DNA of 64,000 bases from a bacterium. Lineage in GTDB: Bacteria; Methylomirabilota; Methylomirabilia; CAVQYV01. Position numbers and translations under genes: made by a program. The DNA lies in NCBI GenBank assembly GCA_043800755.1, contig JAZDMQ010000017.1, positions 34,297-98,296 on the forward strand. Reading direction: 5' to 3'. The notes beneath the pieces are model-generated. The model did no database searches, was not told the DNA's origin, and saw only the letters and a list, made by a program, of their open reading frames with translations. This document shows positions 9,063 to 18,469 of the stretch, one piece after another. Position 1 is the stretch's first letter. Each line of letters starts with the position of its first letter.

Positions 9063-10301
9063 TCAGGCATAGAAGGCCATGCTGGCGAAGGTTACGGTTC
9101 CCTGGGGATCAGGCCATTGCCCATATTTGAGAAGCCTTCCCTTCCCTGCCGCAATGATGCTCAGCAAGGCGTAGATGGCAGAGACCCCGCAGACCTTCCT
9201 TCGGTTCCTCTCCCTCTGAATCTCCCGGTAAAAGCCCTCCCCGTCCATCTTTTCTATATGCCGGATCAACTCTTGATCCTGGTAGGCGGTCAAACTCCAA
9301 TCCGAGCCTCCCAGGGGATATCGGTCCCCAAACCGGGGTCCCAGGTGGGCCAGATCCACACTGGCCAGGACGCAGATCCGCTCTCCCGCCTGCGATACGG
9401 CCTTCCTCAAAGAATCCAGGAAGGAAGCGATATGGGGATCCTCGAGGGGCGATAGGTCTTTTTCGATGAGTTCGTGGAAAGAGGAACAGAGGATGGGAAT
9501 TACTTTAATGGGTCGGAGACCTTTGAAGATGTAGCGCAGAAAGACCATCTGCAACTCCAGGGAGTGCTCGGCCCGATGGGAAATCTCCTCCGCGAAGAGA
9601 TCATAAGGGCATTCCTTTTCCAAGGAGGCGATGAGGTCCTGATCCGTTTCGAGATCTCCCAGAGGGGTGGAAAATGCCTTCTTGGTGAGGATGAAGGGGC
9701 CCTTTGCCTCTGCGTGTAAGGTCCCTAAGATCGCAAAGGTATCGGCATTCGAGGACTTTGCAATCTCGTTATATGCCCAAGCATAGCAATATCCACCCCG
9801 GGTAAAATCGATGTGAGGGATGATCGCCCCCTTCAGCGATTTAGAGATGGTCCCCCTGTCTGCTGCGATCTCTGGCAGTTTCCCTGGTCCCTCGGGACTC
9901 AAGAAATAAGAACAGAGTTGCCCGGCGAGCTTTTCTGGATCGGCCTCGTAGCTCTTGCCCGCCAGCGTACACACTCGGATCGGGGAATTGGCGAATTCCT
10001 CCTCCACCTCCCTCTTATGCTGGGCAAATCTTTCATTGTCTAAGAGCAAATGATCGTCCAATTGCTGGGCGATGTCGTTGATCTTTTCTTGAAAGAGAAG
10101 ATCTCCATAGCGGCGCATATATTCCGCCTGGATGTCCAGGAGGGAGTGGTTTCCATCAAATAGGCTGATCACGAAGAAGGTGGGCTCGGGAACCAAGAGG
10201 GTCTGCTCCGTGTACAGGAGGGGATCGCGGAGGCAGATCATCCGCCGTCCGGAAATCTCAGCCGGAAACGCCTCGATATTGCGAATCTTTGGATGTGCCA
10301 C
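9063..10301 (-). CDS. Memo-family (AmmeMemoRadiSam system protein B-like) protein with ~105-aa N-terminal extension
   Basis: Residues ~105-412 align with MEMO1 (RVCTLAGKSY...AIIPHIDFTRGGYCYAWAY vs IIAPHAGYTYCG; SVDLAHLGPRFGD). The N-terminal 105 aa have no obvious family. Confidence 0.7.
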   Translation of the reverse strand: MAHPKIRNIEAFPAEISGRRMICLRDPLLYTEQTLLVPEPTFFVISLFDGNHSLLDIQAEYMRRYGDLLFQEKINDIAQQLDDHLLLDNERFAQHKREVEEEFANSPIRVCTLAGKSYEADPEKLAGQLCSYFLSPEGPGKLPEIAADRGTISKSLKGAIIPHIDFTRGGYCYAWAYNEIAKSSNADTFAILGTLHAEAKGPFILTKKAFSTPLGDLETDQDLIASLEKECPYDLFAEEISHRAEHSLELQMVFLRYIFKGLRPIKVIPILCSSFHELIEKDLSPLEDPHIASFLDSLRKAVSQAGERICVLASVDLAHLGPRFGDRYPLGGSDWSLTAYQDQELIRHIEKMDGEGFYREIQRERNRRKVCGVSAIYALLSIIAAGKGRLLKYGQWPDPQGTVTFASMAFYA

Positions 10302-10412
10302 AGAATCTTCTCCTTCTCCTGGTTATCCTGATACAAAACCGGAGCCTCCTTTTTCTACAGGCACACTTCTCTTTCGTCAAGACCCTATCTGGTCCCTCCT
10401 GCCCAAACCTTC

Positions 10413-10441
10413 TTGACCGGAGGTGGTCAGCATGGTATAAG
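10413..10441 (+). promoter_or_regulatory. Sigma70-like promoter upstream of rubredoxin-like ORF / pfk
   Basis: TTGACC, 17-nt spacer, TATAAG. Confidence 0.4.
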
Positions 10442-10512
10442 GGCCTCGATTAGGGATTCTTCCCAAATGATCCATGGCATCTTGTCCATCCTGCCCAGAA
10501 GGAGGTTCGGAG

Positions 10513-10623
10513 ATGAAAAAATGGCGCTGCACAGTGTGCGGTTATATCCATCAGGGGCCGGAGCCGCCTGCGACCTGTCCCGTGTGCGGGGCCTCCAAAG
10601 ACAAATTCGTCTTAGTGGGATAA
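10513..10623 (+). CDS. 36-aa rubredoxin-like zinc/iron-ribbon protein (rubrerythrin C-terminal domain type)
   Basis: [36 protein letters not shown]: two CxxCG knuckles with rubredoxin spacing. GGAGG RBS 8 nt upstream. Too short for the ORF track. Confidence 0.6.
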   Translation: MKKWRCTVCGYIHQGPEPPATCPVCGASKDKFVLVG

Positions 10624-10635
10624 GGAGAGCGATCG

Positions 10636-11736
10636 ATGACTGAAGCCCAGATCAAGAGGATCGCGGTATTGACCGGAGGGGGCGACTGTCCTGGCCTGAA
10701 TGCGGTAATTCGAGCGGTAGTGCGCACCGCGATCGGCAATTATGGCCTGGCGGTCACCGGCATTGAGGATGGCTACGAGGGCCTGATTGTACCGGGAAAG
10801 ACCCGGGACCTCACCCTAAACGATATTCGAGGAATCCTCCCTCGGGGAGGCACCATTCTGGGCACCACCAACCGGGCGAATCCCTTCGCCTGGAGGGTGG
10901 AGAAGGAGGGAAAGGTGGAGTTTGAAGATGTCTCCGCCAAGGTGGTCTCCCATATTGAGTTTCTGGGCCTCGATGCCTTAGTGGTGATCGGAGGGGATGG
11001 CTCCCTCAAGATCGCCCAAAGGCTATTTCAGATGGGGGTGCCCCTGGTGGGGATCCCCAAGACCATCGATAATGATATCTCTGCCACGGATGTTACTTTC
11101 GGTTTCAACACGGCGGTCACTACCGCCACCGAGGCCCTGGATAAATTGCATACCACCGCGGAGAGCCATCATCGGGTGATCATATTGGAGGTAATGGGCC
11201 GGTATGTCGGATGGATCGCCCTGGAGGCGGGGATGGCTGGAGGGGCCGATGTCATCCTGATTCCCGAGATCCCTTTTGATCTGAATCGGGTCTGCGAGAA
11301 GATCTACCAGCGGAAAGAGAGGGGATCCCGATTCAGCATCGTGGTGGTCGCCGAAGGGGCCCATGCCATCGGCGAAGAGGTCGTGGTTAGGGAGTCCGCG
11401 GTGGGGGCCAAATACACGGAGAGGTTGGGAGGTATCGGTGAGAAGGTGGGAGATTCCATCGCCAAATGCACCGGCATGGAGGTCAGGGTGACCGTCCTGG
11501 GACACATCCAGAGGGGTGGGTCCCCCACCTGGTTCGACCGCAATTTGGGGTCGCGCTACGGCGCCGCCGCGGTGAAAGCCGTGATGGAGGGAGAATTCGG
11601 CAAGATGGTCTGCCTGCGGACCCCCCACATTCAGCTGGCTACCCTGGAGGAAGGGGTGGGGGTGATGAAGTCCGTGGACCCGGAGGGGGAATTGGTGTGC
11701 ACTGCAGAGACCCTGGGCATCATGATGGGGCGTTAG
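10636..11736 (+). CDS. pfk: 6-phosphofructokinase
   Basis: 366 aa. GGGDCPGLNAVIR, VVIGGDGS, PKTIDNDI and MGR motifs of the PFK family. Confidence 0.9.
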   Translation: MTEAQIKRIAVLTGGGDCPGLNAVIRAVVRTAIGNYGLAVTGIEDGYEGLIVPGKTRDLTLNDIRGILPRGGTILGTTNRANPFAWRVEKEGKVEFEDVSAKVVSHIEFLGLDALVVIGGDGSLKIAQRLFQMGVPLVGIPKTIDNDISATDVTFGFNTAVTTATEALDKLHTTAESHHRVIILEVMGRYVGWIALEAGMAGGADVILIPEIPFDLNRVCEKIYQRKERGSRFSIVVVAEGAHAIGEEVVVRESAVGAKYTERLGGIGEKVGDSIAKCTGMEVRVTVLGHIQRGGSPTWFDRNLGSRYGAAAVKAVMEGEFGKMVCLRTPHIQLATLEEGVGVMKSVDPEGELVCTAETLGIMMGR

Positions 11737-11743
11737 GGAAGGA

Positions 11744-12994
11744 ATGGAGATGAAGGTCGATTTCGATCGGGTGAGGAAAAGGATCGAGGGGTATCGGGAC
11801 GAGATGATTTCCCTGCAGGCGGACCTGACGGCCATTCCCGCCCTGGGGCCGGAAAACGGCGGGGAGGGGGAAAGGGAAAAGGCCGAGCGCCTCCGACATT
11901 ATCTACAGGGCCTGAGGGGCATTGAGATGCAGGAGGTTCAGGCCCCGGATGCCAGGGTTCCCTGTGGCTTCAGGCCCAATTTGATCGCTCGAAAAAGAGG
12001 GAGGACCCCCCGCCCCGCCATTTGGGTGCTGACCCATATGGATATCGTGCCAGCCGGGGAAGGCAGCCTCTGGACCAAGGATCCTTTCTGCCTTTGGATC
12101 GAAGACGGAAAGATCTATGGGCGCGGCGTGGAAGACAACCAACAGGGAATGGTTGCCTCCCTCTTCGCCCTGAAGGCCTTGTGCGAGGAGGGGGCCGGAC
12201 TATCCCAAGACATCGGTTTGGCCCTCGTGGCCGACGAGGAGACCGGCAGCCGTTTTGGCCTCCAGTACCTTTTGCAAGAGCATGCAGGCCTTTTCGATCC
12301 TCGGGATCTCATCCTGGTGCCGGATTTTGGGGATCCGGAGGCGAGGCAGATCGAGATCGCCGAGAAAAGCATCCTCTGGTTAAGGATTCAGATCGTCGGA
12401 AAGCAGTGTCATGCGTCCAGGCCCCAAGATGGCATCAACACCCTGCGCGCCGCTTCCTATCTGGTGGTGAAGCTGGATGCCCTCTCCCGTCTGTTCCCGG
12501 CAGCCGATCCCCTCTTCGACCCGCCCAGCTCCACCTTTGAGCCCACCAAGAAGGAGGCCAATGTTCCCAACATCAACACCATCCCGGGGGAAGATGTCCT
12601 ATACATCGATTGCCGCATCCTTCCTGAGTATCGATTGGAGGAGGTGGAGGAGATGATCGAAGGGATAGCAAGAGAGATCGAGGGGGAATTTGGGGTGAAA
12701 ATCCACCTCAGCCTGGTGCAAAGGGATCAGGCGGCTCCTCCCACTCCTGCCGAGGCTCCGGTGGTGAGAATGGCAGGGCAGGCCATTCGAGAGGTTTATC
12801 AGAAAGAAGCCGAAATGGTAGGGATTGGAGGAGGGACCGTGGCTGCCTTCTTTCGCCGGGCAGGCTATCACGCCGTCGCCTTCTCCAAGATCGATCGGAC
12901 CGCCCACCAGCCTAACGAGTATTGTCGAATCGAAAATATGCTGGGTGATTGCCAGGTCTTTGCTCATTGTTTCCTGCAATCCGGCCAGGCATGA
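11744..12994 (+). CDS. M20-family metallopeptidase/deacylase (ArgE/DapE-like)
   Basis: 416 aa. THMDIVP...GRGVEDNQQGM...ADEETGS metal-binding blocks of peptidase family M20. Confidence 0.75.
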   Translation: MEMKVDFDRVRKRIEGYRDEMISLQADLTAIPALGPENGGEGEREKAERLRHYLQGLRGIEMQEVQAPDARVPCGFRPNLIARKRGRTPRPAIWVLTHMDIVPAGEGSLWTKDPFCLWIEDGKIYGRGVEDNQQGMVASLFALKALCEEGAGLSQDIGLALVADEETGSRFGLQYLLQEHAGLFDPRDLILVPDFGDPEARQIEIAEKSILWLRIQIVGKQCHASRPQDGINTLRAASYLVVKLDALSRLFPAADPLFDPPSSTFEPTKKEANVPNINTIPGEDVLYIDCRILPEYRLEEVEEMIEGIAREIEGEFGVKIHLSLVQRDQAAPPTPAEAPVVRMAGQAIREVYQKEAEMVGIGGGTVAAFFRRAGYHAVAFSKIDRTAHQPNEYCRIENMLGDCQVFAHCFLQSGQA

Positions 12995-13039
12995 GACCGG
13001 ACAACTTACTGGTATCGGCTACAGGGAAGGAGGGAAAGG

Positions 13040-14394
13040 ATGGATTGGGAACGCATCGGAATCATCACCCTGTTATTCGCCTTGGGCTTCCTTGTCAGCG
13101 TGGTGTTGGCCGGACCCCCTTCCGGCAAGCTGGCTGATCCGCAGGACCCCTTCTTCCCCTCCCGCCTCTCGGCTGCGGGGGGCAAGGCGATCAAGGCCTC
13201 GGATTTCGAACCTCCAGAGGACTGCGGCGAGTGTCACGACCAGATCTACAGCCAATGGGAAGGTGGAATGCACGCTAATGCCTGGAAGGACCCTGCCTAT
13301 ACGGCCCTCCATGCCCTAGCCAGCAAGGAGACCCGTGGCCTCGCAGACCGCTATTGCATCGCCTGCCATGCGCCGGTCGCCGTCTTGTCTGGAGAGGTCC
13401 AGCCGGGAAAGGAGTTCAATGTGGGGGAGCTCTCCCAGAAGGGGGTGCAGTGCGATTTCTGCCATACCGTTTCCGGAAGCTTGGGAATCGGCAATCTGCC
13501 GGCGGTCTCCTCTCCCGGTCCGATCAAACGTGGTCCCTTCAAGGACAGCCAATCTCCTGCCCACGAGGTGGCCTTCTCCCCCTTCCATACCTCCGCCGAA
13601 TTCTGCGGGATGTGTCACGATGTCTACCATCCGGCCAACGGCCTCCCCTTGGAGAAGACCTACACGGAATGGTCTGAGGGACCCTATCCGAGCCGGGGGG
13701 TAAAATGCCAGGATTGCCACATGACCCCCGGGATCATTAAATTTCAGCCAAACCCCGGGGCTGCGGCCACCATGGGGCCCGCGCGGGAGCATATCTGGAC
13801 TCATAATATCGTGGGGGCCAACGCCGCCATGGCCTCCCACCTCGGGTTCAGGGGCCATAGCGAAATGGCTTTGAAGCGGCTAAAGTCGGCAGCGAGCCTG
13901 GAGATCCTCAGTCCAACGCAGGCCAGGGCCGGAGAGGTCGCCACGGTTAAAGTCAAGGTGGCCAATGTGGGCGCTGGCCATTTCCTGCCGACTGGATTGA
14001 CGGAGAGCCGGGAGATGTGGCTGGAGGTCACGGTAACGGGGCCGGGGGGAGCAAGGCTCTTCGTCTCCGGAAAGACCGACGAAAAGGGGGAGATCGATCC
14101 GGATGCCGTGCTCTACCAAACGGTCTTCGCCAATACCCAAGGAGACCCAGTGGGGGCTCGGGTCTGGGAGGCCGATCATTTGCTCTGGGATCACCGCATC
14201 CCCCCCTCGGCCATTCCCTGGAGCGGTTCAGCTTCCCGATCCCAGCGGGGATGAAGGGCAAGTGCCAGGTGGAGGCCAGGCTGCTCTATCGATCCTTCTC
14301 GCAGGGCGTGGTCAATCTGCTTCTGGGAGAAAAGGCCCCCGCCTGGCCCATCTATGAGATGACCCAGGCAGCGGGCTCCTTTGAGATTGACTGA
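13040..14394 (+). CDS. Membrane-anchored pentaheme c-type cytochrome (frame switch at a C7 run)
   Basis: N-terminal TM anchor. Five CxxCH sites (CGECH, CIACH, CDFCH, CGMCH, CQDCH). ORF 13040..14254 and its continuation 14017..14394 join if one C is added to the C7 run at 14200-14206 (...WDHRIPPLGHSLERF...). Confidence 0.7.
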
Positions 14395-14428
14395 TGGCTG
14401 GGAAAATGAGAATGGAGGGTGAACCTAA

Positions 14429-15340
14429 ATGCAACCTCGCGTGGGATTCATTGGCCTGGGAGAGATGGGGAAGTGGATGGCCCTCAATGTGGCCAAGGCC
14501 GGCTTCCCGTTGACGGTCTACGACCTCCGGCCGGAGCCGGTAAGGGAATTAACCAAGCAGGGCGCGGCGGCGGCGGCCAGCCTAAGGGAGGTGGCGGAGA
14601 AGTCCGATTGCCTCCTGTTGAGCCTGCCCGATACCGAGGTGGTGGAGCCGCTCCTCCTCGGGGAAAAAGGGCTGATCAAAGACTTGTCCTCCGGGCGTAT
14701 TGTGGTGGACACCAGCACCATCCATTATCACGCCACCTTGAGGATCGAGAAGGCGTTGCGGATCAAGGGGATCACCTTTATCGATGCCCCAGTCTCCGGG
14801 ATGGAGGCCCGGGCGAAGGAGGGAACCCTGACCCTGATGGTGGGAGGAGACCCTGAGGCGTTGGAGAAGGTGCGGCCCATCTTGAATGCCGTCGGAAACA
14901 ACATCGTCTACATGGGAAAGAGTGGCAATGGGCAGCTCACCAAGCTGATCAATCAGCTCTTCCTCAATATCTCCGCCGCGGCCACGGCAGAGATCCTACC
15001 CATGGCAACCAAATTGGGTTTAGATCCCGAGGCAGTCTATAAGGTCGTCTCCACTGGCACGGGCCGCACCTTCGCCTTCGAATTCTTTACTCCTAATATC
15101 CTCGAAAACGATTTCACCCACGGATACCCGATGATCAAGGCCTACAAGGATATGATCTGCGCGGCGGAGATCAGCGCGAGAGAGAAGATCCCGCTGCCAG
15201 TGTTTGCCGGGGCCATGCAGACCTATCAGCTGGCATTGGCCCAAGGATTGGGCCACGAGAACAAAGGGGCCATGATCAAGGTGTGGGAGAAGGCACTGGG
15301 AGTGGAGGTGAGGAAGAAGAAGCCGGGAGAAAGCCGATAA
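14429..15340 (+). CDS. NAD(P)-dependent 3-hydroxyisobutyrate dehydrogenase / 2-hydroxy-3-oxopropionate reductase family oxidoreductase
   Basis: 303 aa. GFIGLGEMG Rossmann start and the 6-PGDH-like C-terminal domain typical of the HIBADH family. Confidence 0.8.
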   Translation: MQPRVGFIGLGEMGKWMALNVAKAGFPLTVYDLRPEPVRELTKQGAAAAASLREVAEKSDCLLLSLPDTEVVEPLLLGEKGLIKDLSSGRIVVDTSTIHYHATLRIEKALRIKGITFIDAPVSGMEARAKEGTLTLMVGGDPEALEKVRPILNAVGNNIVYMGKSGNGQLTKLINQLFLNISAAATAEILPMATKLGLDPEAVYKVVSTGTGRTFAFEFFTPNILENDFTHGYPMIKAYKDMICAAEISAREKIPLPVFAGAMQTYQLALAQGLGHENKGAMIKVWEKALGVEVRKKKPGESR

Positions 15341-15348
15341 TCAATCTC

Positions 15349-17199
15349 TCAAGGCAACAGGGACCCCTCCCAGGACCGCAGGAGGTCCTGGGCCTGGAAT
15401 CCCCAGGGCCAGAGCAAGGTTTCGGCAGCCTTGGCCAGATATTCCAGATATTTGGAAAGGCCGTACCCCACTTCCTCCTTCCATGGAGGGACCTTCACCC
15501 TCCGCCCTTTCTCCTTTGCCTCCACCTCCGCGAGCAGGAATTGAACCTCCTCTCCGGGATGTAGCCTCACCCCCTGCCGTTCTAATTCTTGGCTCGCCAA
15601 GGCGGTCCAGTTGTCCTGGAGATAATCCTCCGGCCTGTGGGAGAGGGTGCGGCAAATCAGTAATTCCTCCCGATCCACCTCCCCCCGCTTGAGCCTCTCG
15701 GCATATCCTTCCGCGAGGGCCAATATCCAGGGAATCCTTTCCTCCAGTTCGCTGCCACCTTTGGCCGAGGCCATCACCTGGAGCATCTCCAATTGGGCCC
15801 TTTGGACGAAAAGAGGGATATCTCCTCGCCGCAGTTCGATGCCCCTCGCCTTGATCTCGCCCGAGGCAAAGACCCCAAAGTAGCGATTCGCCACAGAACG
15901 GGAGTTGTCCAGGCGCGAGGAGGGAAAGGCGATCCAACGATAGATGCCCTCCAGACTCAAGGGGATACCGGTGACCTCCCCGATCCGGCGGCAGAGCTGC
16001 AGAAGATTCGCCTCCCTCATCCCCTCCTTCTGCACCCACAGGGAATCCACCAGGGCATGGAGCACCCGAAACCCCGCGGCCTCCGCGATCTCTTTGGCTT
16101 GGAGGAGCTTCTCGCGTCCAAAGGCGGTTACCACCTCGTGGGCCTCGATCCTTCCGAATCGGGCATTGCGGTATCCCAGATAGCCGAAGCAGGTGACCAG
16201 GATCCATTTGAGGGCCACCTGCCTTCGATCATAGACCCCCCCTTCCTCCCCCTGAGCCTCCTTCATCCGCTCCTTATATCTCCTTCGCTTCTCCAAGATG
16301 GGCTCCAGGGTTTTCGGCACCAATCCCCTCCGCCTCTGGCAGAGCACATATCCCACCTCCGGGACCCTCTCCCCTTGCCCCCCTCGACAGCAGGCGCAAT
16401 CCACCGTCTCCGGGGAAATATTATGCCTCACCATGATGGCCGGATACATGGAAGAGAAATCGATTTCTCCCACTCCCTGGTGCAGGCCGAGGACAGGTTG
16501 ATAGACCAGGCCTCCCTTGTCGGCCACCAAGAGCTGCGAGGCGCTTTTGAACCTCTCTGGCTCCCCCTTATTCCAGGGGATGAGGATGCCGTCCTGAAGG
16601 GCTCGATCCATTTGCATGGAGGTGATGCCGGTGCCCGGGGAACGCCGGGCCATCCTTTGCAGGGAGATCTTGGTGAGGCGCGAGAGCTCGATCAACCCTT
16701 CCAGGCCAGTCGCTTCCCAGAGGAAAGAGTTGCGGCGATCTATATGCCAACGCCCGAACAGGGGATAGGAGGGGGCCTGAGAAAGGATCCGACCGTAAGA
16801 GAAATAGGAGCGCCTCCTCCCAGGTAATGGCCCTCCTCACTCGCTCCCGGTCCAGCTTCAAAGGGATGCCCAGGCGCTGAGCCAGAGAGAACAGAGAGGG
16901 AAGGAGGTGGGAATCCCCCCAGCTACTCAGGATCAGGTCAGGATCGTAGTGGCTGATCAAACCCGCCCCTCCCTTGATCAGCTTCTCCCCATCTCCTCCC
17001 TTCCACATCCAGCATTCTCCCCCTACCTTGACCTGGATAGAAGGAAGCCTCCCCGGAGGCAGATGGCGAATCTCCTCCGCCGGCTCGACCTCCATCTGGC
17101 GCCGAAGATGACCCCCCCCTCCTCGATGAGCCAGAGGACGATCGTGTTAGCAGAGGGATAGAGGTCGAAGATCCAGCCCCTACCTCTTTTCCTTCCCAT
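15349..17199 (-). CDS. Divergent family-B DNA polymerase (E. coli Pol II-like) homolog with degenerate catalytic motifs; reading frame broken twice
   Basis: Three minus-strand frame segments align colinearly with E. coli PolB. (1) ~17199-17110: WIFDLYPS at the Exo I position (DIET becomes DLY). (2) 17095..16568: ISHYDPDLILSSWGDSHLLPSL...LGIPLKLDRE vs NYDPDVIIGWNVVQFDL...RLPLRLGRD (Exo II). (3) 16695..15349: motif A IDFSSMYPAIM; motif B KWILVTCFGYLG (vs KIIMNAFYGVLG); motif C HALVDS (vs YGDTDS); KKRY becomes ANRY. Frame breaks at the C8 run 17112-17119 and near 16700. Confidence 0.6.
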
Positions 17200-17497
17200 C
17201 CTCCTTCTCCTCCAGCCCTTGTACCCTCAGGCTGAGTTCTTGGAGGGAGTGCTGATGTTCCAGAAGAATGGACATCAGAATGGCCTCCAGGGGGACGGCC
17301 CGGGAGGAGTAGCTGCATTCGGCCACATGAAATCGGGCAGCGTTGAAGAGGGCATCAAAACTCCGCTGATATTCACGGGGCAAGGCCCTACGAAATTTCT
17401 TCCAGGCCTCATATTCCCCCTCGATGACCCGGCTAAAAGGCAACACGGTTCTTCCCATGGCGATCCTTACCCTTTCCTTCAGAAGAATACCTAACAT
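17180..17497 (-). CDS. Hypothetical 105-aa charged helical protein immediately upstream of the polB-like gene
   Basis: Coding-like composition. Its stop overlaps the polB-like start region. A 1-nt change in an A4 run would fuse it in-frame to the polB-like N-terminus (...EKEDGKERGRGWIFDLY). Confidence 0.4.
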   Translation of the reverse strand: MLGILLKERVRIAMGRTVLPFSRVIEGEYEAWKKFRRALPREYQRSFDALFNAARFHVAECSYSSRAVPLEAILMSILLEHQHSLQELSLRVQGLEEKEDGKEKR

Positions 17498-17719
17498 ATA
17501 TTAGGGTTTCAAGGGGAAAAATGGGTTCCTCCTCTGGGCACTGGCTCGAAAAAAGTTTTGCAACGGAGTCAATTATGATATAGTCGGCCGGCCCATCCCG
17601 GCCGGCCAGATAGGACCTTCCACGCAAATCCCCCACCGGACAGGGGAAGAAGATGCATTGCACATCAATCCTCGCAGCCAGCTTTAAGGTCAGCGAGAGA
17701 ATATAAGAGGAAAATCCTC

Positions 17720-18469
17720 ATGAGGCTTCAGAATAGGGTGGCCCTCATCGTTGGGGCAGCCAGGGGAATCGGACGGGCAACCGCCCAACTATTTTCCCGC
17801 GAGGGGGCCGATCTGGTTCTGGCGGATATTCAGGAAGGGGAGGTCCGTGCCTTAGCCGATGCCCTCCGGGACCAGGGCAGAAAGGCCTTGCCCATCCAGG
17901 TTGATGTGTGCCTCAGCCAAGAGGTAGGGGCCCTGGTGGATTACGCCATCAAAGAGAGGGGACGGATCGACATCCTAGTCAATAGTGCGGGGGGCGGCAA
18001 ATACGTCCCGATGGTGGAAATGACGGAAAAAGACTGGGATGAGATGATGGATTTCAACCTGAAAAGCGTATTCTTATGCTGCCGTTCGGTCTTCCCCCAC
18101 ATGATCTTGCAACGGTACGGGCGGATTATCAACATTGCCTCGTTGGCGGGGAGAGGGACCAGCGAGACCGGAGGGGTTCACTACACGGCGGCGAAGGCGG
18201 GCGTCTTGGGGTTCACGCGCCACCTCGCCCGAGAGGCCGGCCCCTATGGGATCACGGTCAATGCCGTGGCCCCTGGCCCCACCCTCACCGAGAGGATTCG
18301 GGCTAAGCTCTCTCCGGAGCGCGAGGCGGCCATCGCAGAGCGCGCGCCCCTCGGGCGCCTGGGAAAGCCGGAAGATCCGGCCTGGGCGACCCTCTTTTTA
18401 GCCTCGGACGAGGCGAGTTTCATCACCGGTGCCACCATCGATGTCAATGGCGGATTGTTGATGATGTGA
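17720..18469 (+). CDS. SDR-family oxidoreductase (3-oxoacyl-ACP reductase-like)
   Basis: 249 aa. TGAARGIGRA glycine motif, NSAG, and the YxxxK catalytic pair (YTAAK). Confidence 0.85.
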   Translation: MRLQNRVALIVGAARGIGRATAQLFSREGADLVLADIQEGEVRALADALRDQGRKALPIQVDVCLSQEVGALVDYAIKERGRIDILVNSAGGGKYVPMVEMTEKDWDEMMDFNLKSVFLCCRSVFPHMILQRYGRIINIASLAGRGTSETGGVHYTAAKAGVLGFTRHLAREAGPYGITVNAVAPGPTLTERIRAKLSPEREAAIAERAPLGRLGKPEDPAWATLFLASDEASFITGATIDVNGGLLMM

